A stretch of 64,000 nt of DNA, taken from NCBI GenBank assembly GCA_009701715.1, contig WLJO01000010.1, forward strand, positions 2,916 through 66,915, given 5' to 3'. Positions 10,556-18,438 of the stretch are shown piece by piece. The notes beneath the pieces are model-generated. The model was given only the letters and a program-made list of their open reading frames with translations. It was not told the DNA's origin and did not search any database. The stretch's first letter is position 1; each line of letters begins with the position of its first letter. Both the position numbers and the translations under genes were made by a program. This DNA comes from Actinomycetota bacterium. Lineage in GTDB: Bacteria > Actinomycetota > Acidimicrobiia > Acidimicrobiales > Ilumatobacteraceae.

Positions 10556-11005
10556 TCAGGCGCTGACCACGTTGAACGACACCGGGAACTGCACGTCTGA
10601 GTGCAGTTTGACGGTGGCGCTGTACGTGCCCGTGGTCTTCACGACATCGAAGGACAGCTTGCGCTTATCGATCGAAATGCCGGTCTGAGCCTCGATGGCC
10701 GCTGCGAGATCGGCCGTGGTGACCGATCCATAGAGACGACCTTCGGAGCCGGTCTTGACCTTCACCAAAATGGTGGTGGGCACGAGGGCCGAGGCCACGG
10801 TCTGAGCCGATTCACGGTCTGCGGCATCGCGCAGATCGCGGGCACGGCGCATGGCTGCTGCCTGGGACACCGCACCATCGGTCGCCACCATGGCGAGACC
10901 CTTGGGGAACAAGAAGTTGCGGGCGAAGCCGTCGGCGACCTCACAGATGTCGCCGCGCTTACCCACGGTACGAACATCAGCTCGCAGAATCACCTTGACG
11001 CTCAT
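10556..11005 (-). CDS. rplI: 50S ribosomal protein L9
   Basis: [11 protein letters not shown]...[24 protein letters not shown] is the canonical L9 N-terminus. ATGA overlap with rpsR. Confidence 0.95.
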   Translation of the reverse strand: MSVKVILRADVRTVGKRGDICEVADGFARNFLFPKGLAMVATDGAVSQAAAMRRARDLRDAADRESAQTVASALVPTTILVKVKTGSEGRLYGSVTTADLAAAIEAQTGISIDKRKLSFDVVKTTGTYSATVKLHSDVQFPVSFNVVSA

Positions 11006-11400
11006 TCGTCTCCACCGCCCTCAACTTCGTCGGTGCCAACATCGGCGCCGAGATCCACAACCTGATCGACAACAGCCTCGGGGGCCGAGCCGCCACGACC
11101 CTCACGACCCTCACGGTCGCCACGCGACGTGCGCTGGCTGGACACTCGCTTCGTGTAGGGAAGCAGAGCCATCTCGCGGGCGTTCTTGATTGCCCGAGCG
11201 ATCTCGTTCTGCTGCTGCACGTCGTTGCCGTTGACCCGGCGGGCCTTGATCTTGGAACGATCCGAGACGAATCGGCCAAGCAGGTTGACGTCTTTGTAGT
11301 CCACGTAGTCGACCTTCTCGCTGGTGAGAACGGAGGTCTTCTTGCGGATCTTCTTGGTGCTGTCCTTCGCCCTGGGCGGGCGGGGCTTCTTGTTGCTCAT
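11002..11400 (-). CDS. rpsR: 30S ribosomal protein S18 with acidic C-terminal extension
   Basis: Core [29 protein letters not shown]...[16 protein letters not shown], followed by a roughly 46-aa Gly/Arg then Asp/Glu/Val-rich tail up to the stop at 11002. Confidence 0.9.
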   Translation of the reverse strand: MSNKKPRPPRAKDSTKKIRKKTSVLTSEKVDYVDYKDVNLLGRFVSDRSKIKARRVNGNDVQQQNEIARAIKNAREMALLPYTKRVSSQRTSRGDREGREGRGGSAPEAVVDQVVDLGADVGTDEVEGGGDE

Positions 11401-11463
11401 TTCAGTTACGAACTCCTCGTAGGTTCGGACCCAACCGCTCGGCGGGATCCGGGGTCATCACGA

Positions 11464-11949
11464 TCAGAACGGCTCTTCATCGCCGCCGTAGTAGTTGTCG
11501 TCTCCGCGGGGGGCAGTGCCGCCGCGGCTGGCTCCGGCATTGCTGCTACCGCCGGGATTGCCACCGCCACCTGCACCGCCTGCGCCACCTGCACCGCTCG
11601 TGGTGCGCTCGACCTGGGCCGTTGCGTACCGAAGACTGGGTGCGACCTCGTCGGCGTTGACCTCGATCACGGTGCGCTTCTCGCCCTGCTGGGTCTGATA
11701 CTCACGCTGCTCGAGGCGGCCGTTCACGATGACGCGAGCGCCCTTGGTGAGCGAGGCTGCTGCGTTCTCGCCAAGTTGACCCCATGCGACCACGTTGAAG
11801 AACGACGTCTGCTCCTGCCACTCACCATTGACCTGGTAGCGGCGATTGACGGCGATTCCGAACGAGGCCACAGCGCGTCCTCCCTGCGTGAAGCGCAGTT
11901 CGGGGTCGCGAGTGATATTCCCAACGAGGGTGACGGTGTTGTCGGCCAT
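11464..11949 (-). CDS. ssb: Single-stranded DNA-binding protein
   Basis: OB-fold N-terminus NTVTLVGNITRDPELRFT, Gly-rich linker and acidic tip DEEPF. Confidence 0.95.
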   Translation of the reverse strand: MADNTVTLVGNITRDPELRFTQGGRAVASFGIAVNRRYQVNGEWQEQTSFFNVVAWGQLGENAAASLTKGARVIVNGRLEQREYQTQQGEKRTVIEVNADEVAPSLRYATAQVERTTSGAGGAGGAGGGGNPGGSSNAGASRGGTAPRGDDNYYGGDEEPF

Positions 11950-11980
11950 GGCAATGTCTCCTTAGGTAGACGGCCTGAGG

Positions 11981-12313
11981 TCAGGCCGCTTGCGTCATGC
12001 CGCGGCGCTTGGCCTCGGAATCCGGCAGACGGAACAGGACGTGACGGACGATGTCGTCCGCAATACGGAGCTGACGCTCGAAATCGTCGAGGGCACCGCC
12101 CTCGGCGAGAACGTTGTAGAACACGTAGTAGCCCTCCCACTTCTTCTCAATGGGATACGCAAAGCGGCGGCGACCCCACCAGTCGGCTGTGCCAACGATG
12201 GTTCCGCCGGCAGCAGCAACCTGCTGGGCGAGGGTCTTTTGACGATCAGCGGCAGCGGGCTCTTCGAGCTCTCCGGCGATGATGATTCCGAGTTCATAGG
12301 CGCGCAAGGCCAT
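11981..12313 (-). CDS. rpsF: 30S ribosomal protein S6
   Basis: MALRAYELGIII...RRFAYPIEKKWEGYYVFYNV. Start taken at internal ATG 12313 with GAAGGGAGGAA upstream. The ORF-track extension to 12574 is non-coding-like. Confidence 0.9.
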   Translation of the reverse strand: MALRAYELGIIIAGELEEPAAADRQKTLAQQVAAAGGTIVGTADWWGRRRFAYPIEKKWEGYYVFYNVLAEGGALDDFERQLRIADDIVRHVLFRLPDSEAKRRGMTQAA

Positions 12314-12506
12314 GAAATTCCTCCCTTCGGACCCGGCTCGGCACCGGGGCCCCCGGCGGGGGCAGGGTTGATATGACCTCGCGACTCTAGCGGCGGGCAG
12401 CCACGGACGCTCCCGGCGGGTGCTGAGCAGGGAAGATCTCCGTCCGGGGGCATGCGGGCAGCCTGACACAGGGGTGTGACGGGGTTTGTGGCCCATACTC
12501 GTGCCG

Positions 12507-13079
12507 ATGGACCTTCGTGAGTGGATGACCGCCGAACACAACGACGTCGGGAACCGGTTGACCGACGGGGTCACCTCCCGGGTGCCGCTCGACCGATGGA
12601 CCGAGCACCCCGACGACGGGGGTTCCTGCCTCGCTCAACTGCTCTTCCACGTCAGCCTCCACGCCGACATGGCGCTGCAGGCCGTCATCCGCGCCAAATC
12701 ACCCCTCGTCAACAGCTGGCGGGACCGACTCGGGCTCACCAACCTGTTGCCCCACAAGGGCCTTCCCGAAGCCGAGGATGCCGGGGTGGTGGCCAACATT
12801 CAGGTCCCTCACCTGCTCCACTACGCCGCAGACGTCCACGGCGAAACAGCGGCCTGGATCGCGACCGCCGACCTCACCCAGTTCGACGAGATCCCGCCCG
12901 CCTCCGAGCGCCTGCGCAAGTACGGGCTGGTGAGCGTGGATTCCGTGCCGTGGCTGCATGCCATGTGGACCGACAAGCCGGTCTCCTGGTTTGTCCAGTG
13001 GGAATGCATCGGTCACGTGCTCAACCATCTCGGCGAAATGGTGGCGGTGCGCAACCGGATGGGGCTCAGCCCCTTCTAG
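12507..13079 (+). CDS. DinB-family (mycothiol maleylpyruvate isomerase N-terminal-like) protein
   Basis: Helical-bundle pattern with spaced His residues (LLFHVSLHADM, HLLHYAADVHGE, GHVLNHLGEM). Family call is tentative. Confidence 0.55.
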   Translation: MDLREWMTAEHNDVGNRLTDGVTSRVPLDRWTEHPDDGGSCLAQLLFHVSLHADMALQAVIRAKSPLVNSWRDRLGLTNLLPHKGLPEAEDAGVVANIQVPHLLHYAADVHGETAAWIATADLTQFDEIPPASERLRKYGLVSVDSVPWLHAMWTDKPVSWFVQWECIGHVLNHLGEMVAVRNRMGLSPF

Positions 13080-13127
13080 ACCGATACCTGCACCGACATG
13101 CGCCCAGCCCGGGCAGTGACCGAGCGG

Positions 13128-13568
13128 CTACTTGACGGTGGTGGTGGGATCTGGGGCGATTGTCTGCGTCGTGACGATGCCGCAATCGGTGAACTCGCGC
13201 GTCAAGAGGTCCGTTCCCCCACCATTGGATTTGGGCGCCAGCGTCACAGCCCACACGGTCCACAGCCCCGAAAGCGCCGCGGCGGGGGTGGTGACGTTGA
13301 CGCTCCCGCTCGCAACAGCCGTGGATATGTTCTTCCAACTGCTCTGCACCGCTTCGCCGGACGCGTTGCGGTATTCCACGCGCACCGAGCGCGTCGAGAC
13401 ACCTGACCAGGTCACCACGGTGACACCGGCTGCTGGTGCACAAACGCCGATCGTGACCGAAATGGGTGGCAGCGTTCCAGCACGCTCGGCGCTGCACGAC
13501 ACCGCGGTGCCGAGCGCCAACACCAAGGCGACCGCAGCCACCCGACTTGCCACGTTCTGCAGTTTCAT
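13128..13568 (-). CDS. Small secreted/lipoprotein-like protein, paralogue 1
   Basis: Signal peptide MKLQNVASRVAAVALVLALGTAVSCSAE with a Cys at the cleavage region. The mature part is beta-rich with two further Cys. No family recognised. Confidence 0.6.
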   Translation of the reverse strand: MKLQNVASRVAAVALVLALGTAVSCSAERAGTLPPISVTIGVCAPAAGVTVVTWSGVSTRSVRVEYRNASGEAVQSSWKNISTAVASGSVNVTTPAAALSGLWTVWAVTLAPKSNGGGTDLLTREFTDCGIVTTQTIAPDPTTTVK

Positions 13569-13628
13569 CGGTGCCCCACCTCGTCGTTCATTGACCCCAA
13601 CGCTACCGCAGCAGGCGCCGCGCCTCAG
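13456..13628. repeat. Direct repeat copy 1 (173 bp), covering the 5' coding end plus upstream region of paralogue 1
   Basis: Aligns by eye to 13942-14114 with about 6 mismatches. The period is 486 bp. Confidence 0.85.
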
Positions 13629-13640
13629 GACTGTTCTGAC

Positions 13641-14054
13641 TTACGCATCGCCACCGCTGCCAACCGCCGTACACATCTGCGGCGTGCGATACGTGCTCGA
13701 CGAAGCGCTGGTCAACAGCACGTCGTACACCGCGAACCGCTCCGGGCCAAAAGTGGTATCCGGAACGGTGACCGTTCCCGAAGCGGACTCCGCCGTGAGT
13801 TCCTTCACCAAGAGGTTCCCCTCCGGCAACGTGCCCGAAGCCCTACGAACACGGACTGACACCGTCTTCGTGGCAAAACCCGACCAGGTCACCACGACGC
13901 TGCCGCCGCTGCCGCCGAAAAATTCGCAGGACTGCAGCGTCACCGAAATGGGTGGCAGCGTTCCAGCACGCTCGGCGCTGCACGACACCACGGCGCCGAG
14001 CGCCAACACCAAGGCGACCGCAGCCACCCGACTTGCCACGTTCTGCAGTTTCAT
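13641..14054 (-). CDS. Small secreted/lipoprotein-like protein, paralogue 2
   Basis: The first ~38 residues MKLQNVASRVAAVALVLALGAVVSCSAERAGTLPPISVT are almost identical to paralogue 1. The mature region has diverged but keeps VVTWSG and two Cys. Confidence 0.6.
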   Translation of the reverse strand: MKLQNVASRVAAVALVLALGAVVSCSAERAGTLPPISVTLQSCEFFGGSGGSVVVTWSGFATKTVSVRVRRASGTLPEGNLLVKELTAESASGTVTVPDTTFGPERFAVYDVLLTSASSSTYRTPQMCTAVGSGGDA

Positions 14055-14114
14055 CGGTGCCCCACCTCATCGTTGATTGACCCCAACGCTACCGCAGCAG
14101 GCGCCGCGCCTCAG
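13942..14114. repeat. Direct repeat copy 2 (173 bp)
   Basis: Partner of 13456-13628. It ends at the stop codon of the DUF192 gene. Confidence 0.85.
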
Positions 14115-14680
14115 CGAAGGGGTTGACCGGTGCAGGGACCACCGATTGACTCGAGGCGCGCACCCGGGCCGACCCGCAGGCGGGCAAGCGCTCCCTGCGG
14201 GACCTCGAGCACGCTCCGGGCAAGCCGGTCCGGTCCGTAAAGCGGGCAATTGGGTTCGTCATCCGGACAGGGATCCATGTCGATGGCCTCCACGAAGGCA
14301 CCGTCATCGGCGAACCACACACCGGTCAACGGCATCACGGTGTCCCTCATGAAGAAACGGTTGGCATTCGGATCGGGGAACCGGAACAGCATGCCATCGC
14401 GACCGTCGAGGTCTGTGGCGTACATCAACCCACGCTGCCACTGCGGTGGAGTACTCGCCAGATAGGTGCACAGCCGACATACCGAGCCGTCGGCCCGGCG
14501 GATGATTACTTCGACAGACTCGAACCCGTCAGGTCGCACCGTTCCGACGGCAAGCGGCGCCGTCGAACCGGGGGTAGGCATCGAGCCCGACGAACCACAC
14601 GCACCGAGCAGGAGAGCGAGCACGGCCACGACCCGCAGCGCAGCACCGGTTGCCCACCCACCGGTTCCTCGCCGCTCCAT
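14111..14680 (-). CDS. DUF192 domain-containing secreted protein
   Basis: Signal peptide/lipobox-like LLLGACGS, then GLMY...GMLFRFPD...FFMRDTVMPLTGVWFADDG...VLEVPQG, which is typical of DUF192 (COG1430). Confidence 0.7.
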   Translation of the reverse strand: MERRGTGGWATGAALRVVAVLALLLGACGSSGSMPTPGSTAPLAVGTVRPDGFESVEVIIRRADGSVCRLCTYLASTPPQWQRGLMYATDLDGRDGMLFRFPDPNANRFFMRDTVMPLTGVWFADDGAFVEAIDMDPCPDDEPNCPLYGPDRLARSVLEVPQGALARLRVGPGARLESIGGPCTGQPLR

Positions 14681-14703
14681 GTGCTCACGGTAGCGTCGCC
14701 GAC

Positions 14704-14880
14704 GTGGACCAGACCTGTGAGAGTTGCGGGAGCCAAGGCGACACCCTGCTTGCGGTGCACCGGCGATATGTCATACCGCAGGGCCGGGAAAACGAGGGCT
14801 CGGACCACACGCTCGATGAGGTGGAGCACTGGTGCTACGCCTGTTGCACCCACTACCCCCACGTACCTGCCGAGGGTTGA
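14704..14880 (+). CDS. Possible small zinc-ribbon protein
   Basis: VDQTCESCGS...HWCYACCTHY gives CxxC plus CxxCC. Start placed at GTG 14704 to avoid overlap with the divergent DUF192 gene. No homology evidence available. Confidence 0.35.
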   Translation: MDQTCESCGSQGDTLLAVHRRYVIPQGRENEGSDHTLDEVEHWCYACCTHYPHVPAEG

Positions 14881-14886
14881 GACCCG

Positions 14887-15315
14887 CTAACCCTGGGCCT
14901 GCTGCGGCGCAGCCCGCTTCTTTCGGCCACCGATCGGCAGCACGCGCAGCAAATGGTGCCAGCGACATCCGGTGCACGCCTCAACGACGTAGGCAGCGAG
15001 GTCGTCGCTGCTTCGGCTGAGGGTCTGCATCTGCGCTGCGGTGGACACCACCCGCCCGAAGGCAGGCAGGCGCGGACCGAACACGTACGTGACGAGAACG
15101 ACCTCGCGCTCGTCGCAGATCGGGCAACGGACCTGCGTGGGTGCACCGAAGTTGGTGGCAGCGCGGATGAGCTCGGGGTGGGCGTCGCACACCTGGTCCT
15201 TGCGCAACCGCCCGCGCCGAAACTCATTGATGAGGTGACGGCGGGCAAAGCGGTGGTCGACGACGGCACCGCGCAGGCCTGCGGCCCCACGTAGCGACGA
15301 CGCACCAAAACCCAT
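14887..15315 (-). CDS. DUF5318-like protein
   Basis: VCDAHPELIRAA...RCPICDEREVVLVTYVFG...VVEACTGCRWHHL resembles the actinobacterial DUF5318 pattern (M. tuberculosis Rv0049-like, from memory). Start at internal ATG 15315. Confidence 0.6.
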   Translation of the reverse strand: MGFGASSLRGAAGLRGAVVDHRFARRHLINEFRRGRLRKDQVCDAHPELIRAATNFGAPTQVRCPICDEREVVLVTYVFGPRLPAFGRVVSTAAQMQTLSRSSDDLAAYVVEACTGCRWHHLLRVLPIGGRKKRAAPQQAQG

Positions 15316-15359
15316 GACGGCGAGGTTACTGAGTAGATCGCCACACATGAGCGGCACCG

Positions 15360-15962
15360 GTGCGAGAAGATGTGTGCGTGCCTCGCTCGATCTCCTACGG
15401 CCCCCAGATCCCCGACGACTCCGACCTGCGCCTCTGCGCAGATCCGAGCGGCAAGCGAGCGCTCGAGCTCGGCATCTCCGGCGCGATGAACGCTCTGGCC
15501 CTGGCCGAACAGGGGGCCAAGGCGATGGCGATCGACTCGGACCCCGAACGAATCCTCGGCCTGCGTCGCGCTGGCGAGGAGGCCAGCGTCCGTATCGAGT
15601 TTCACGAGGGCGACCTCGCAGACCTCGGCTTTGCCACCAGCGCATCGATCGACCTCGTGGTGGCTGCCGGCACGCTGGACCACGTTGACGACCTCGCCCG
15701 CGTCCTTCGCCAGGTCCACCGGGTGCTCAAGCCCGAAGCACCGCTCGTCATCTCCGCCAGCCACCCGGCTCACGGCCTCGCAGATCCGGCGGAATTGCAG
15801 CAGCGCTATGGGAGTCGGGTCCGCAGCGTCGGCGACTGGTACATGGCGCTGTACCGATCCAACTTCCGTATCGACAGCCTCCAGGAACTGTTCGATAGAC
15901 GGCGGCCCGCTGACAACGCTCCGTGCACGCTCGTGATCCGGGCGCGCAAACTGGGCGTCTAG
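15360..15962 (+). CDS. Class I methyltransferase-fold protein (degenerate motif I)
   Basis: LELGISGAMNALALAEQGAKAMAIDSD...VVAAGTLDHV...VLKPEAPLVIS. The Gly-rich loop is atypical (GISGA). The stop shares a CTAG with the convergent cca stop. Confidence 0.65.
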   Translation: MREDVCVPRSISYGPQIPDDSDLRLCADPSGKRALELGISGAMNALALAEQGAKAMAIDSDPERILGLRRAGEEASVRIEFHEGDLADLGFATSASIDLVVAAGTLDHVDDLARVLRQVHRVLKPEAPLVISASHPAHGLADPAELQQRYGSRVRSVGDWYMALYRSNFRIDSLQELFDRRRPADNAPCTLVIRARKLGV

Positions 15963-17362
15963 CCCTGCTGGGCGGCCCACCACTCGTCGAGGCGACGCAA
16001 CGCCTCGTCCCGCCCGAGCGGACCCTCCTCGAGGCGTAGCTCGAGCAGGAAGTCCATCGCCTTGCCCACGGCCGGTCCGGGGGTGATCCCGAGGTGTGTG
16101 ATGACCTCGTTGCCGTTCAGCTCGGGCCGGATCCGCTCGATCTCCTCCTGCTCGGCAAGCTCCGCTATGCGCACCTCGAGGTCGTCCATGCGCTTGGACA
16201 GCATCACGGCCTTGCGCTCATCGCGGGTGGTGCAGTCGCAGCGCGTCAGCACGTTCAGCTCGACGAGCAGGCTGCCTGCGTCGCGCACGTAGCGACGCAC
16301 GGCTGCGTCGGTCCAGCCCATCTTGTAGGTGTGGAAACGCAGATGAAGCTCCACGAGTTTCGTCACCTGCTCGACGTCCTCGTTGGAGTAGCGAAGCGCC
16401 TGCATGCGGTCACGCGTCATGCGCGCACCCACGACCTCGTGGTGGTGGAACGACACACCCTTGCCCTTGCGATACGACCTCGTACGCGGCTTGCCGATGT
16501 CGTGATAGAAGGCCGCCAAGCGGGTGCGGCGGAAGTCGAACGACGGGTGCGCGTCGCGGCGCACGTTCTCCACAACCGCGATGGTGTGGGTGAGCACGTC
16601 CTTGTGGCGATGGATCGGGTCCTGCTCGAGCCGCAACCCAGCAAGCTCTGGGAGGAACTCGTCGGCAAGCCCGGTGTCCACCAGGAACCACAACCCGGTC
16701 GCGGGATGCTCCAGCGTGATGAGCTTGTCGAACTCGTCACGTATCCGCTCGCCGGACACGATTGCGATGCGTCCGTGCATCTCCTTCACGGCCGCCACCA
16801 GCGCCGGCTCTGGCGTCAACTGGTAGCCGGCGACGAAGCGGGCCGCTCGCATCATCCGGAGTGGGTCGTCGCTGAAGCTGATCTCCGGCGACAGCGGTGT
16901 GCGCAGGGTCTTGGTGAGCAGATCCGCGGCACCGCCGAATGGATCGACCAGAGTCGGTGATGCGCTGGTGATCTCGAGCGCCATGGCGTTCACCGTGAAG
17001 TCCCGGCGCGACAGATCCATCTCGATGTCGTCGGAGAACGTCACCTCGGGCTTGCGCGATTCCGGTGTGTAGCTCTCACCCCGATGGGTGGTGATCTCGT
17101 ACGTGCGCTCGCCCTTGCGAGCGCCGATGGTGCCGAACTTCTCGCCCTGATTCCAGACCGCGCCGGCCCACCCGCTGAGCAGTTTCTTGATCTCGTCGGG
17201 CCGCGCCTCGGTGGTGAGATCGAAGTCGCCGCCCGAGAACCGGTCGAGCAGTAGGTCTCGAACCATTCCCCCGACGATGAACAAGCGGTGACCGGCAGCG
17301 GTGAACCGGTCAGCGAGTGGCTGAAGCTCCGCAAGGACAGGGGCGAAGCGCTCGGGGAACAT
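15959..17362 (-). CDS. cca: CCA tRNA nucleotidyltransferase / poly(A) polymerase family with HD domain
   Basis: LFIVGGMVRDLLL, DFDLTT, RRDFTVNAM and a C-terminal HD domain (FYHDIGKP). Positionally equivalent to M. tuberculosis pcnA. Confidence 0.9.
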   Translation of the reverse strand: MFPERFAPVLAELQPLADRFTAAGHRLFIVGGMVRDLLLDRFSGGDFDLTTEARPDEIKKLLSGWAGAVWNQGEKFGTIGARKGERTYEITTHRGESYTPESRKPEVTFSDDIEMDLSRRDFTVNAMALEITSASPTLVDPFGGAADLLTKTLRTPLSPEISFSDDPLRMMRAARFVAGYQLTPEPALVAAVKEMHGRIAIVSGERIRDEFDKLITLEHPATGLWFLVDTGLADEFLPELAGLRLEQDPIHRHKDVLTHTIAVVENVRRDAHPSFDFRRTRLAAFYHDIGKPRTRSYRKGKGVSFHHHEVVGARMTRDRMQALRYSNEDVEQVTKLVELHLRFHTYKMGWTDAAVRRYVRDAGSLLVELNVLTRCDCTTRDERKAVMLSKRMDDLEVRIAELAEQEEIERIRPELNGNEVITHLGITPGPAVGKAMDFLLELRLEEGPLGRDEALRRLDEWWAAQQG

Positions 17363-17385
17363 GGTCCATGCAGGTTACTGCTGCA

Positions 17386-18414
17386 TCAGAGCAGGCCGTG
17401 CTCCTGCCAGAACTCGCGCACACCGCTGCCCACGTGCTCGCCCGGTCCGCCCGACGTGGGCAGCTCGGGCTGGTAGTTGCGGCCGAGCAGGGCCGACAGC
17501 GTTGCCGCCGAGGACATGCGCAATGCGTCGAGGTCATATCCGCCCTCGAGGACAACCAGGCGGCGGCCCGCCGGCGCGAACTGCAGCAAGCGCTCGTTGA
17601 TGAGTTGGTAGTCGCCCGCCGAGAGCCCCAGATCGGTGATCGGGTCGTTGCGGTGGGCGTCGAAGCCAGCGGAGATGATGATCCACGTGGGCGCGAAATT
17701 CCTCGCCACATCAGCCATCACGCCGTCGATGGCCTCGAGATAGCGGTCGCCTGTCGCGAACAGCGGCATCGGCAGGTTGAGCGTGGTGCCCAGGCCGTCC
17801 CCCTCACCCACCTCGCGAGCGGATCCTGTACCCGGGTAGAGAGGCCATTGGTGAAGCGATACGTAGAGCACCCGCGGATCGGCATAGAACACGTCCTGGG
17901 TTCCGTTGCCGTGGTGTGCGTCGTAGTCAACGATCATCACGCGCTCGCCCTGCGACGCGAGATGTGCCGCCGCGACCGCAACGTTGGAGATGATGCAGAA
18001 CCCCATCGACTGACGGATAGTCGCATGGTGCCCTGGGGGGCGCACTGCGCAGAACGCCGCCGATGCCCCTGCCTCGCCCCGCTGCAGAGCCTCGATGGCG
18101 GCGAGTCCGGCGCCCGCTGCAAGCGTGGCCGCCTTCCATGACGCCTCGACCACCCGCGTATCCGCGTCCAACTTTCCACCACCGGCTGCACAGAACTGCT
18201 CGATGTGATCGAGGTAGGACGCCGGGTGGACGCGCAGCAATTCCTCTCGCGTCGCGTGTCGCGGCTCGAGTGCCACCAACGCGTCCGCCACGTTCGCGTC
18301 CTTGGTGCCGTCGATCACTGCTCCGAGCCGGGCCGGACGCTCGGGGTGCTCCCGGCCGGACACGTGTTCCAGATACGAAGGGTGTGTGGAGAACAGAACG
18401 GTCACAGCACCCAA
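17386..18414 (-). CDS. Histone deacetylase-family (acetoin utilisation/acetylpolyamine amidohydrolase-like) protein
   Basis: HPERPARL, RPPGHHA, DYDAHHGNGTQ and the EGGY motifs of class I/II deacetylases. TTG start at 18414, or GTG at 18405. Confidence 0.85.
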   Translation of the reverse strand: MGAVTVLFSTHPSYLEHVSGREHPERPARLGAVIDGTKDANVADALVALEPRHATREELLRVHPASYLDHIEQFCAAGGGKLDADTRVVEASWKAATLAAGAGLAAIEALQRGEAGASAAFCAVRPPGHHATIRQSMGFCIISNVAVAAAHLASQGERVMIVDYDAHHGNGTQDVFYADPRVLYVSLHQWPLYPGTGSAREVGEGDGLGTTLNLPMPLFATGDRYLEAIDGVMADVARNFAPTWIIISAGFDAHRNDPITDLGLSAGDYQLINERLLQFAPAGRRLVVLEGGYDLDALRMSSAATLSALLGRNYQPELPTSGGPGEHVGSGVREFWQEHGLL

Positions 18415-18438
18415 CGGTACCCGCGGCCGGCGGCCGAA

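Noticed and set aside
12314-12400. Possible S6:S18-binding leader upstream of rpsF (GC-rich hairpin CCCCCGCCGGGGG near the SD)
   Set aside because: I cannot reproduce the covariance-model features from memory. The hairpin alone is insufficient evidence.
14853-15983. 376-aa minus-strand ORF
   Set aside because: It overlaps the DUF5318-like gene in another frame and is antisense to the methyltransferase. Its composition is Ala/Arg-rich. Shadow ORF.
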